The translations under genes and the position numbers were made by a program. DNA of 64,000 nt from Nemertoderma westbladi (Eukaryota; Animalia; Xenacoelomorpha): positions 126,279 through 190,278 of the forward strand of contig JAUCBJ010003070.1 of assembly GCA_032718475.1 (NCBI GenBank), in the 5' to 3' direction. Shown in pieces: positions 24,753-37,639 of this stretch (the stretch's first letter is position 1; each line of letters opens with the position of its first letter). The notes beneath the pieces were generated by a model, which did no database searches, was not told where the DNA came from, and saw only the letters and a list, made by a program, of their open reading frames with translations.

Positions 24753-25609
24753 TATACGCGCTTTTGAAGACCTTTAGCAGTTTAACCTGCCAAAATTTAT
24801 ATGTCTTTTGGTTTATAAATAGACTTTAGAAGATGACAAATATTTAATACCAATAAACACAACATTAGCAGAAGCCAGCCTAGTGCGCGTCCATTCACCC
24901 GCTGGATATACCCGGGAGACTGGATTCTGAGGGCTTAGATTATTATTGCAGTGTAAGCTTACTGTATTGTATTATTCGATTGATAGTTAATAATTAATTT
25001 CTGACTAATATTATTCACTTTCGGGAAATATTAACAGTTCCTTCAGGACGTGGCGCTCTATCTAGGTAAACAGAGATATGACTTATACTAATCACAACGG
25101 TAAGTCGGTAAGGCTTATGATTCAGGTGCTGTAGTCAGTACCGAGATAACAGTTTGATGATCTTATAATTAAAGACGCTCTAATGTCAGAAACATTCCCC
25201 GGCCGGTGTTCAAGGCGTGGGGGAAACGTCAGCACTGAATCATGGGATTCTGCTGTACAGTTTTTACACAAAGGGAAAATCTCTGATTGGTCGAACTGAC
25301 GTGGACACAGCTGATAGATGTCGTCATTTGAGCTGAGCAGAACAAAGAACCAAGGCTCCGTGCAGAGGCTCCACGTGTACAGCTCAGCTATTAGCTGTCG
25401 TCTTAGTAACTACACTGTTCCAAGAGTATTTCGGCTTTTGCGTCATGGAATTGCGGATTATGTCCGCTAAAGTACACATACAGAAGAAATTACTTTTATG
25501 CCCTCTAAAACACCAGTACAGTAAGGACACGGCCCTTTTATGCCTGGTAAACCAACTACAGAGTACTTCACGGGGAAAATAACCGGCTAATTACGCAAAA
25601 GCCTTTACA
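24753..25609 (-). repeat. 5' LTR of non-autonomous BEL element (857 bp, mosaic)
   Basis: 25124-25609 is almost identical to 15788-16273; 24753-25110 is clearly diverged from 15066-15420. Confidence 0.85.
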
Positions 25610-25674
25610 AGCAGAAAGTTTGTTTCGAAATAAATAAATGAAATAAAAAAAACAGTAGCAATCCCCTAGTCCTC

Positions 25675-25880
25675 ACATGGGCCAGGGCAGTTTTCGTTTC
25701 GGCACGAATGCTTTAAAGGGACCAGCCAGGGCGCATCTCTGCCTTGCATCCTTAAGTGGTAGCCTTAAGTGGTAGCTAAATGAGTACTGGGGTTTCCTCT
25801 GGGGAGTAAAGTTCTGGGGGGACCGCACTGGAAATAAGTCGTCAGACTTTGTGCGTAATCCCTGGCCTAGCGGCCGAAGA
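25675..25880 (+). mobile_element. SINE body (same family as 165-360)
   Basis: Shared ccagggcagttttcgtt...aaatgagtac...gttctgggggg; its start matches the tRNA-like head at 60140-60225. Confidence 0.6.
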
Positions 25881-26369
25881 AAATTTACTTTATATTTTTA
25901 CTAATACTGTAGCAAGTTAAGGTTGATAACTCATCATTGCAATGTTCTTATACCTAGAAGGTACATTCATATACTGACGGATCAATAAATATAAAGACCG
26001 CGAATGCGCATACCACGATAATGCAATAAACAGATTATGTTGATTATAAACTATGGAATTCTTTGGCGCATTTATAAGTTGTATTTGGCGGATTATAAAG
26101 TCCAATCTAGATGACCTTTGGAGTATCTAATTACCTCATTCATTGCACTATATCGTGTAAGTTTCTTACTAATTGATGAACATGGAATTTACAATAATTC
26201 AATATAGGATTCATAGGTGAAGCAAGAACATTCAAAATTTAAATTTAAATAAAGACTAAATGAAGGCACTGGACCTTGGCGCTCCTCACTACCACGAACT
26301 GCCACTGAGAATTATGGAAATCGGTACAAGAAGCTTCCGATATCGTCGAATTTAATAGTATCAAGTTGG

Positions 26370-26735
26370 CTAAATTGGTCCAGTTCGTTCGGTAGAGCAG
26401 AGCGAACTTCCGAATTTGCTCGAGTTGTTAAGCGTTTCTTTGGGTGAGGTGTTGGCACTATTGGTGTGGGGTGTGGCAACCGATAGGCCTACCGATGGCG
26501 GATCTATTGGGATTTCAAATCCTCCTTTAGTCTTTTTGTATTTCGCATCTGCTGCCCAGTAGTGGTTGGCACACACCCCCATATAATTGGTAACTTCCGT
26601 GATAATATTGGGTAGCACGGCCAACCACTTTGATCGTTCCTCCAGCTCACGCGGAAATCCATAAACTGTGATATTAGCATTTTCAATTGTTACAGTAACA
26701 CCTTTCCTCTTCCTCTCATATCCAGTAGATAAATA
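26370..26735 (-). pseudogene. THAP-domain remnant (P-element/THAP9-like transposase N-terminus)
   Basis: Extending the frame upstream reads TGY...TVYGFPRELEERSKWLAVLPN...VCANH.W...PPS, matching the THAP pattern FP..W..C..H..P. Confidence 0.55.
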
Positions 26736-26905
26736 AAATCGTGAGATATTCTCAAAACAGATTCACTTAAACAATTTATATTAATTATTGAATTTGTGAA
26801 TTCTTTAGGCTCCTCACATGGAACACTTCCACGTTTGAACAAGTTGGTCAATTACCGTAGTGATGAGAAATGGAACCAAACTTGGTACTCATGTAGTTCC
26901 TACTT

Positions 26906-28119
26906 AGAAGGATAATTGAAGAGTTATCAAAAAAGAAAGACAGGCATCTGGCTGTTATCTTTGTTGACTTCTTCAAGGCCTTTGATTCAGTCTCTCGCTC
27001 ACGTATGTTCAGCATACTTTCATTATATGGGATTCCTGATGAAATTATTGCAGCAACCAGATCAGTATACGATGGTTCGACAACATTTGTGTCTACTGTT
27101 GACGGTGACACAGAACCATTTGAAGTGTTATGGGGCGTCCTCCAAGGAGACACACTTGCACCATTCTTGTTCATTATTGTGGTTGACTATGTTCTACGTA
27201 TGTCCTTAGATCATCATAATGATGATGGGGTGATGATAACTCCACCTACTGGCTCCAGAAGTCGAGGAAATCCTGCCAAGTACCTAACTGATCTAGACTT
27301 TGCTGATGACTTAGGAGTACTCTCAGAATCATTAGAGGGAGCCCAACGGCTCCTCAGCTCATTAGAACATGCTGCTTCTAGTGTTGGTCTTTTTATTAAC
27401 TCCAGAAAGACCAAAATTCTGACCGTTAACTTTGAAAGTCCTCAGCAAGTCTCTGATCGGATGAGCATAAGCTCAAAGGATGGTATGCTTGAGCATGTGG
27501 ACGACTTCTGTTACCTGGGATCATGGATCCGGAAGTCAGGTGAGGACCTTCGAATACGTAAGGGAAAGGCATGGGCAGCCTCGAATAGGCTTTCCAGGAT
27601 TTGGAAGTCACCGAGAATTAATCGGAAACTTAAGGTCCGATTATTTAGAGCAGCAGTAGTTCCAGTACTCCTCTACGGGAGTCCATGCTGGGCTCTAACT
27701 GCTGAGGACACCAAATCTCTGGATAGCACATTCACAAGAATGCTACGCCGGGTTCATTGTGTCAAGTACAATGCACACATCTCCAACCAGACACTATATA
27801 ACATTGGAGGTGTCTCATTGGTTCCCCCAAGCTTGACACTAGAACAAAATCGCCTCCGCTTTGCAGGACATTGCTTTCGCCGTGAGGACCAGCCAGTGCA
27901 TAATCTTGTACTTTGGCAGCCTCATGGAGTGAATAAGCATGGTGGACAGCCCATGACTTTCTTGAGACGCATCTTAAAGGACACTGGCCTTAAAGACGCG
28001 GATGATCTAGCAAATGTCATGGGTGATAGGGAGTTGTGGTGGTGCAATTTTGTTGACAAGCCGGCACAGCATTCTTAAAAATGCAGCTGCAATGCAGCAT
28101 GCCGATCCTAGTAGTAGTA
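26906..28119 (+). mobile_element. 5'-truncated RTE-clade LINE (RT ORF 27005-28078)
   Basis: DFFKAFDS, GVLQGDTLAPFLF, DLDFADD, F.YLGS; (TAG)n tail; 44-bp direct repeat on both flanks. Confidence 0.92.
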
Positions 28120-30559
28120 GATGAGAAATGGAACCAAACTTGGTACTCATGTAGTTCCTACTTCTATAATTCCTATTTCGGCCACATGTGGGCGTAGGAC
28201 TAGGTCCACTAATTACACCTCAATGCAAAGGCTCATCTGCACATAAATGTACGCGATGCGATGTCCTAATTGCGTGAATGCATGTGTTGTGAACTGGGTT
28301 TAGAAATATTATGCACTTTCCCAGTGTGTTATACATGCACTGAGCTAGGAGTTAACGAATGTTGTACTTACGTGGAACGTAACTGTCCCTATCAGCTCCA
28401 ATAAGGTCCACATATCCAAGAACTAAGGCAACACAAATAGCTGAATCTCGGGTGATCTCTGCATCAACTCTTCTCTCACTAGAATAAATAAAATCATATA
28501 ATTTCTAATAGAATCCGTTCAAACTGCCAATCAAAAGAAACCCTTAGAAATTTATATATTATATATGTAAAATTAACTCTCAAGCTATAAAAAGCAGGTA
28601 TTTTACATTATTACATAGATGGCCAAATAATTGATCTTGTCGGACTAATCTGATCTAGTATTATCTTCACTAGTCAGATAGAAGTTGTGTTACAGATCAT
28701 ATAGCAGGAGTTATTGTCGTCAAGTATGGAGGAAGTGTTAACAATATGATGAGGATAGAACTGATAGACCAATCTAATGAGGTTGAATAAGTGTTGCTAA
28801 TCCCATTGGGATCATCATACCGAGGATGATGGTTTTTTGGGTTGTCGATCTTACAGGGCAGGGCAGGCCAGTGTGATAAGAGTCTATCTTACATGGTGAT
28901 AATAGTCAATCTTACATGGTGATAATAGGCGATCTTACATGGTGATAATAGGCGATCTAACAGCAGCGAGACAATGCAATGATGGAAATAATTTTGTAGA
29001 TCATTATATTGTATATTACATCAAATACCAATTATGAGTACATATCCCAAGTTATGTTAGTTCACATGTGATCATCGACCACTGATTAAACCAAGCTTGT
29101 AGCTATGGCAAGCTTTGCGGTTTTTATCCATGATAATAGCCGAAACATAGTTACAATGACTTTATTGGTGTATTGGTGAGATACATAGGAAGACTAGTTG
29201 ATATCAGAAACAATATAGATTGCAAGTGACACAACCATTCTTATTCATGACACTTCCTCTGGGGTCCATACATATCGCTCGACCGGTTTATCGGACAGCA
29301 GGTTCCCTGGCCGAACTCAGAGTGCAAGTGAGAGACGGGAGGTAGATATTCAACTAGAGATACACCCAGGAAACAGATTGGTGCGATCTCGTCTTCTCAC
29401 CACTGACGAAATCTACTACCAATCTTGCATTTGAGTTACAGATACTATCAATAAATTTTTCCGCAGATTTTCGGACAACAACATGGTAATGGTGATGATG
29501 AAGAAAAACGTGTTCTGGAATTTAGCTCCCTGATTGGCTAGGGCTACAATAACATACATATAGTCTTACTATACTACAATAATATACTATTAGTTGGCAC
29601 ACTGGGAATAAATAGCTATTCAGATGGCGGGATGATACATTACAAACTAACAGTTAAAATTTGATTACTTGTCTGGGATAGAGTGAGAGAGTAATAAACT
29701 TGGCAAGTAATATACTTCTCTTCAGTTTGGCCCTAACCATTCAATCAATAGTAGTAGCTTACTAGACCCTCATGAGCACCAGCAGCTGGTGTTTCTATCG
29801 TTGAGTTGATGGCAATTTTCGTGTTATGGGGCTATTTTTCGAAATAAAAAAAGACACTGTAATAATTTTTCCGAAACTTTTGTCCACATCCTGGGGTTGA
29901 GCTGCGTCGATTGATATAACTTTCATTGACGGACGAGCTATAGCTTTGGAAGATTTCACCCGGTATAAATACAGTACATAGTACATACATACATGGATAG
30001 ATATATAGTGAATACTTTTACAGTAAGAAGTCAATAGCCTAATAGTCTTCTAATAATATAGTAAACTTATTGAAAGGTCAATAATTATGTGCCGGCTTCT
30101 GTTAGAGAACTCTTAGAGAACTGGAAACTCTTAGAGAACATAATAAAGGTCATTTATGTGATATACATTATTGATGTATATACATTATTTTAAGTGTAAT
30201 TTGAACAAGAAGTGGACAGTTGAACAGTCGTTTGAAGCTAGAGAGCTTCTTTCGCGGTACGCAAGCACCGCCAGCTAGTTGAATGTCAGTAAAAAGTTAA
30301 TTAGTTAACTTACCGATATAACGCACATTCAGCCACCAATGCTGATATTAGAAAAAGTGATATAAATGTTAAGCGAAATACATTTGTTTCAAAGATAAGA
30401 ATTTTATAGATTCGCCCCATTATATGGTTGATACCAGTCTGAATTACTGTAGTAATTAATACATTAATTAGCCTAATGGTGATACTCTTGTTAAAAAGTA
30501 GTAATAAATATTTATATAGTATGAACTGCAACTACTAGGTAGAGCGAGCTCGGACAGTG

Positions 30560-30945
30560 TAAATGCGGTCCATCCAGGAATCCAGCCTTCTTAGCAGACC
30601 TCTCAACGTTGTTCATTTGAAGCTGTGCATCACTGCTAGCGTATTAGAGATCTGTTTGAATAACAGATCTTCTCCCCCTTTGTAAAATTATGAATAATAA
30701 TGGTGCCAATGTGTCACCTTGCAGTACGCCAGCCAGGATTGCGAAGAAGTGTTTAACCATCTGAAGATAGTCATGAGCTTCCATGTCACAATATAACCAT
30801 CCAATGCCAGCGACAATAACTTCTGGTATTCCATAATCTCTTAGTATTTCTAGCATTTTTCCTCTATGGATGGAGTCGAATGCTTTCGAGAAGTCCACAA
30901 ATGTTAGAATCAGAACTACACGAAGGCTATTTAACTTCACTCCTT
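30560..30945 (-). mobile_element. Degenerate RTE RT fragment
   Basis: TFVDFSKAFDSIHRGKM..IL..YGIP and GVLQGDTLAPLLFII; a related fragment lies at ~60880-61010. Confidence 0.8.
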
Positions 30946-31729
30946 CCGTTCTGGGCTTGGAATTCCTATTCCCATAGATAGAGTCAGATTGTACAAAAAT
31001 TCGAGCAAAGAGCAAATGCCAAACATAATTATACAGTTGGCCTACCAGCCTACAGTATTTCCATAGTAGAAAAAAACGTGAGTGAAGCGAGCGGAATTTT
31101 GTAAACTGATGGAAAACGGATTCAGACCCACCATACACAGCTGGCATGCTGGATGCTGGCTGGTGTTTTGCACTTTTGAGCCTGTGTTCAGGTTTTAAAA
31201 AATTCGCCCCACATCCATGCTCGACTGGGGTTTCAAAAATTCGCATCCTGCATTCGTGGGTTTTCAAAAATTCGCGTTTTACACAGCTGCTGATGCGCGC
31301 CAGCATTATCAAATTCGCCCCATACATTGTACGGTGCGTTCAGCTCAAATTCCAACTACCAACATTGTACTAGGCCTTGATAATGAGACTCACTGATTGC
31401 TAAACAATGTACTGTATTGGGCGGGTATATACTGTAGTATTAACTGCTATGCTTACTGTATTTACAATACCGGTTTTTCGTTACTTCCTTATTGTTTGTT
31501 ATGTAGGTTTTGTTGACTAAACTGGTATTATTGATATGTTGGGTTTCAATAATATCATGCCAAGCAACAATAGAAAAGCAGTGTTCTACCGAAATAGGTA
31601 CAAGGAAAATGATGAGTTTCGGGTAGCAAAAAAGTTGGCAAAAGGAAGTTTGGGAACAACAAACTCAATAAGAATCCAAAGACTCAAAAAAATAGGTGGA
31701 TGTTGGCCCGATTTAGAAAAGGTCGTTAA

Positions 31730-33296
31730 CCCTATTAGTACCGGGCTATAAAATGTTGTACAAATACCGGGGAGGGGGGGTCATATTGACCCCCCCCCCT
31801 CTAAAATCTACAAATATTTACGAAAACGTCTGATTTTTTGTTTGTACGTAGGTATCACTTGTCTGGATCCGACCGAAAAAAAAATTTTTCGAAAAAATGT
31901 ACTGGGGTGGTTATATTGCAGCACCAAAAATACAAGTAGTGCACAATTTTCCCAAAATTTGAAAGTTACATTTTTCGGCTAATTGCTTTTCAATACAGGT
32001 TTTCTGGGGTGCAAAATACATTGGAAAATATTAAAAAATGATATGATTACTATAAATGGCTGTTTAGTCCTCTCTGCATAGGAAAAAAATGAAAAAAAAC
32101 AAGTAACCAGCACTTTTCAGTTAGAACACAAAATTTTTAATTCACTTATACGATGCTATAAATTCACATTTTCAGGTTTTCGAGGGCGCTGATTCTAATG
32201 GAATACATTTCTAATATGCCAGATCATTGCTACTTGTATTTTTCGGCGTAATTTGGCAAATTTTGGTGCTAGCACCAAATTTCGTACCCATCACCAAAAA
32301 GTACAAGTTTGCGATGTCCAGTGCTGTTTTTATTGATTCCATCGGATTCAGGACCCTCATAAACCCGTATAACGCAAGAAACAAGGTGATACTATCTACT
32401 TATCAATTTGCATATTTTCCAAAATTTGGTGCTGGCACAACAATTTTCACCCACCGGCGAAAAATACAAGTTTGAGAACTCTTATGAAATTTTTACTGAT
32501 TCCATTGAATTCAGAACCATCACAAACCCGTATAACGCAAGAAACAAGGTGACACAATCAATTGATATATTTGATGGTTTTCAAAATTTGGTGCTAGCAC
32601 CACATTTTGCACCCACATCCGAAAAATACAAGTTTGAGATGTCTAGTTCGATAATTATATTTTCCATTGAATTCAGAACAGCCATAAACCTCTAAAACGC
32701 AAGAAATAAATTGTCACAAGCAATTTTATCTATTGAATGGATTTTCAAAATTTCGTGCTAGCACCAAAATTTGCACACAGCACCGAAAAATACAAGTTTG
32801 ATACGTTTGGTGCAACTCGTATATATTTCATCGAATCCAGAAACCCAAAAAACCTCTATTTCGTAAAAAACAAGTTTCAAACGATCAATTTACAAAATTG
32901 ACTTATTTCAAAATTTGGTGCTGGCACCAAAATTTGGCACCCACCGAAAAAAACAAGTTTGAAATTTCTAAATCAATTTATATGAATTCCATCAAATTTC
33001 TAACACCAAAAAACCGGTGCAAATAAAAAATAGAGATGTTACAATTCATATTTAATGAAATGTAATTTTCAAAAAACGTCTCAAAAAAAGTGCCAAAAGT
33101 AGGGTTAAAAAATGGTGCTATAACTCGAAAAGTACCCAATATTTTTGAAAACGGTTTTCACTACTAGGAAGACAATAGATTTTTAGGAAAAGTCATAAAA
33201 TGTCAGATTCCCAACTGCGCTTGTTTCAGAATTATAATAAAAAAACCACGGGGGGGGTCATATTGACCCCCCCCCCCCCCCCCGGCTTTAATAGGG
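31730..33296. mobile_element. Non-autonomous piggyBac-like TIR element
   Basis: TTAA TSD (31726-31729, 33297-33300); CCCTATTA...TAATAGGG ends; subterminal ggggtcatattgacccc palindromes; no transposase. Confidence 0.85.
32255..33030. repeat. ~163-bp internal tandem repeat, about 5 copies
   Basis: ggtgct(a/g)gcac...aaaaatacaagttt recurs at ~32265, 32428, 32590, 32754 and 32917. Confidence 0.85.
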
Positions 33297-33883
33297 TTAA
33301 TCAGTCTTCCTAATAATATACCCCTTCAAAGAAAAAGTGCTTTATAGCATTACTGGCTGAGCGAGCAGGGATAGGTTTGGTGAAACATATTGTTAAACAA
33401 CAACTTCACTATGTAGGACATTATGGCGATCATTATTATAACAGATGTTATCTGTTAACAGATGTTATCTTAACCTGTATAAGTCCAACCAGTTAAGAAG
33501 GGGCACTGAATTCCGGGGGTTGCAGACTCCATGGTATCTAGGATTGCGGCAGTATTGCGATAAAGATGGCAATGAGGATGTTCTGAAGAAACCGATGGTT
33601 CCACAGGTGAAGGTAATGTATGACTTATTTTAATTGACTGCAGGATGTTTTTGTACCATATGTAGTTGTGGTATCATACTAACTAGTTTGATATTATGTG
33701 CTAAATGAACTACTAACTGTATGTATCTGGTGGTGGTTATACTATAGGTTAACAGCTGTTAGATCCTATTCAAGAAGCGATTGATATACAGTATTCGGGT
33801 GATGGGGTTTGGCTTGTATTATTATTTTTATCATTTAGAAGTTTATTGGATAACTAAAACATTTTCCAGTTCGTAATAATACA

Positions 33884-33898
33884 TGGCGCTGTGTGCGA
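33884..33898 (+). other. Primer-binding site of Gypsy element (tRNA-Ser-like)
   Basis: ...ATACA|TGGCGCTGTG follows a probable LTR end at 33883; complementary to a tRNA 3' end CACAGCG-CCA. The LTR 5' boundary was not resolved. Confidence 0.6.
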
Positions 33899-33972
33899 AA
33901 AAATTTATACAGTAATATTTCGTTTATTCTATCTGTTTTATTTCGGCAATCTATGTTACTGGTTAACACGTT

Positions 33973-34697
33973 ATGCCTACTAAAGCAGACCTAGAAGAAG
34001 AGGTCCGGTTGTTAAAACAACAACTAGAGGAAGCGCAAGCGACTACTACCATGGAAGCCAGCGGTGTGAGCTCGGACTTTCTCAAGGGTATGGCCTTGCT
34101 TCTTAAACAATCAAACGATCGTGCAGCAGCTAATCAACAAGTGCTTCATGATATGATCTTCAGCAGTCGCCAACCTCCAGTAGGGGGCCCACTCCCTACT
34201 GCAGCTAGAGGGACCCGTCCACTTCGTATGGAAATGCCAAAGTTAGGTTCACCAGAGTCAATGGCACTCACTATGTTAGAAGAATGGAAATGTCGCTGGG
34301 AGGACTACAAGGTGGGACTCCACCTGACTGAGGAAACATTGCCAGAGCAGCGTGCAGCCCTTCGTAATTGCCTTCACGAGGAGTGGTTAAGGCTTTGGGC
34401 AGAGGGTATACTTGTTAAAGTAGATACTGAAGATGTGGATGGCATTACTGATGCTTTAACTCGTCGCATTCGGAAAAATAGACATCCATTACTAGACCAT
34501 GGAGCATTTCACGCACAGACTCAGGGTCGTGGTGAGAAGTTCAATGACTTCTTTGTAGTCCTCCACGTTTTAGACCAAGCCTGTGCGTGGGAAAATTGTA
34601 TCAATGCTTCGGCAAATCAAGAAGAGCGTTTGGTAGGCAAAATCGTTTCTGGGTTTGCGAATCCTTGCATTCGCCAGGAGATTCTTAAAACTCCCTT
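33973..34697 (+). pseudogene. gag: Ty3/Gypsy gag, 5' part, interrupted by a TIR element
   Basis: EEWKCRWEDY, QGRGEKFNDF..L..L..AC, IVSG...IRQEIL; the frame continues after the TSD at 60610 (EDLKLDGVLQTCHTMESS). Confidence 0.75.
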
Positions 34698-36029
34698 AGT
34701 AGTAGAGGTTTGGCCGGCTTTCTGACAGTTGGACCACACTGACACCCATTGGGTGTCATATGACACCCTATTATCAACCTATGGGAGTCAATGGGTGTCA
34801 TTGCGCTAAGACTGTCTGGGTGACACCTCCTAATTACGCTAATTAGACCCTAATTTATAGGTGACATGAATTAATTAGTACAATTAAACCCTAATAGGTG
34901 TCTTATGACTCCTAATTAGGGTTTATTTGATTATCCTAATTAATCAGACCGATTAGCGCCCCGACATGCAATGGTCATCAGTGTTGTCCAACTGTCACAA
35001 AGCAGTCCAAAGGGTGTCATAAGTGACACCGCGGCTCTATTATTTATTAATACTTATTTATTTGTATTTAATTTTAATTTATTTATTTTAATTTGTTTTA
35101 GATTTACCAATAATTGGTTTTATATATTTCTTTCTAAATGACCTCATTGACTTTCATCTCGTTATACTTACCCCTAGGGTATACAGTTTCCTTACTGATA
35201 ACTAATTACTCTTATCTATATCCAGACAGCTTTATCGTTAACCTTTGACCCCTAATTAGCTTTATCCAAGTAACAGGTTTTTAATAATAGTTGGATCCAA
35301 GCGCCCAGCCCCCTCTCGTGACACCTCTGATTACTAATTACTCTTAGATATATCCAGTCATCTACAGTTCCATAGTCTGCCGCTAGAGGGTGTATTGTTT
35401 TATTACAACAAGCTATATCCTGTTAATCTTTATTACTATTAATATCTTTGTAATGAGGTTTTCGAGGGCGCTGTTTCCGATGGTCCTATTCTCAAAACGA
35501 TCTAACCTACTGTATAATTAATTACTTAAGACTGCGAGGTATGCGTAATTAACAAATCTCGTTTACAAGTTTTCCTTAAAAACTATGAAGCTATATCGCT
35601 TAAGAGTTCTGAGGGGCGAGCCATGAGGCAAGATGTTTGAGACTTATTTAGATATGTTATTACTTAATTTTGACCCCTCCAATCATTATCTATTACAATA
35701 TATGCTATATCTTTAGCGGAGTAACAGAGTAATCTGAAGTTCCCCAGTCTGCCGCTAGAGGGCGAAATGTCTCAAAGTGAAAACCATACAGTAGCTATGA
35801 ATTGGTTACTAGGCAATAATACTGCATTTTGTATAGTTAGGCCTATTGCTGACCGAACGAAAACTGCCGTGGTCCATGCGGGGGATCGAACCCATGACCT
35901 ATGGTAGATGTGAATTCAATGCAACCACTACACCAAGGTGGAACAGTAACATTCGAATTTGTTCGTTGACGTTCGAATTTGTAAGACTCTGATTTAAGAC
36001 CTGAGACACTCCTAAAGTCTCGAGTTTTA

Positions 36030-36540
36030 GGTCTGAGGCACAGACTATGCCTCACTGAGGCTCAGACTATGCCTCACTGAGGCATTGAGGCACAGACTAT
36101 GCCTCACTGAGGCACATACTATGCCTCACTGAGGCACAGACTATGCCTCACTGAGGCACATACTATGCCTCACTGAGGCACAGACTATGCCTCACTGAGG
36201 CATTTAGGCACAGACTATGCCTCACTGAGGCATTGAGGCACAGACTATGCCTCACTGAGCACAGACTATGCCTCACTGAGGCACCGACCATGCCTCACTG
36301 AGGCACAGACTATGCCTCACTGGGGCACTTAGGCACAGACTATGCCTCACTGAGGCACAGACTATGCCTCACTGAGGCACTTAGGCACAGACTATGCCTC
36401 ACTGAGGCATAGACTATGCCTCACTGAGGCACTGAGGCACAGACATTGCCTCACTGAGGCACAGGCTATGCCTGACTGAGGCACAGACTATGCCTCACTG
36501 AGGCACTGAGGCACAGACTATGCCTCTCTGAGGCAAAGAC
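36030..36540. repeat. 22/30-bp palindromic tandem array in left TIR
   Basis: Unit cagactatgcctcactgaggca, containing TGCCTCA-C-TGAGGCA. Confidence 0.95.
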
Positions 36541-37504
36541 TAAATAGCCGAATTATATTGCATTACATGAACAATAAATTACTATATTCTAAATCTATTA
36601 AAAATATTAAAAGTCTATTACTATATACTAAAGCTCTATATATTTTGCACTGAAGTGGAATAATTTAGATGCTGGTGGAATCTGGTTTGCAAGGGATATT
36701 TGAATGGTGAGTATAACTATCCTTGGGAGTTAGTGTGACCTTATCTCTCTGTGGATCGGCATTACCACTGTACTTGCATCTGCTCTCTCATGGGCTGCCT
36801 AACTTTCCTCACTCGAGTCCTGATTGGCTGCGTAACTCACCCTCGCGCCGGTCGTAATAGTCAGGTCAGGTATTCTAGGTCTTTATTCTTATTCTTGATC
36901 AAGAAAACTTGCCACCTCCATGCAGCATAAAGGAGGTGCCACCTGTAGCTGCATAGACCCTCTTACTAGGGCAAATCTGGTCCTGTAACTAGGACCCCGT
37001 TCGTTCTGGGATAAGGACGCCCTTGGTCCTGGATTAAGGACCCATATACTTGGCTGCAGGGGTATATGGCCTGACCAGGCAGATGGTGATCTACCAATGG
37101 CTGGTCAGAGCCAATGGCTGGAGAGTGTTCTCATGTCCACTCTGAGAGCACTTCACTGCGACCTGCACCTGGCAGCAAGGGTACAGGGCATGACCCAGCA
37201 GATGAGCTGCAACACCCAATGGTGGGTCATGTGCGCCAGAGTAGATATGGGTGATGGGCCTCATATCTGACTCCATTGCGACACCCACCCTGTGGAATGG
37301 CAAACCAGGGTGTGGTATTTGCCCCGAGAGCTGATTGGATAATCCATTCTAGCCTCCCTCTATAATAACCCCCGTTCACCGCATTCCCATTCATTCTCTA
37401 ATTTTTATTTTTAAATGTTTTATTTATTTTCATAAAAGTCTTATTTATTAAAAATTTTGTAAATCATTTAGCGATTTATTTGTATGTTTGAGTTCCTTTC
37501 ATAA

Positions 37505-37639
37505 TAGTATTAGGGCTATTTATCCATAACAATTATATTAGTATTAGGGCTATTTATCCATAACAATTATATTAGTATTAGGGCTATTTATCCATAACAA
37601 TTATATTAGTATTAGGAGTATTTATCCATAATAATTATA
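37505..37639. repeat. 34-bp AT-rich tandem repeat (target of Penelope insertion)
   Basis: tagtattagggctatttatccataacaattatat x ~4; the pattern resumes after 39745. Confidence 0.85.

Larger units (their letters stand above)
15066..25609 (-). mobile_element. Non-autonomous BEL/Pao LTR retrotransposon related to the element at 40009-58953
   Basis: TG...CA outer ends; 5-bp TSD AGCAG (15061-15065, 25610-25614); LTRs at 15066-16273 and 24753-25609; internal regions colinear with the full element. Confidence 0.92.
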
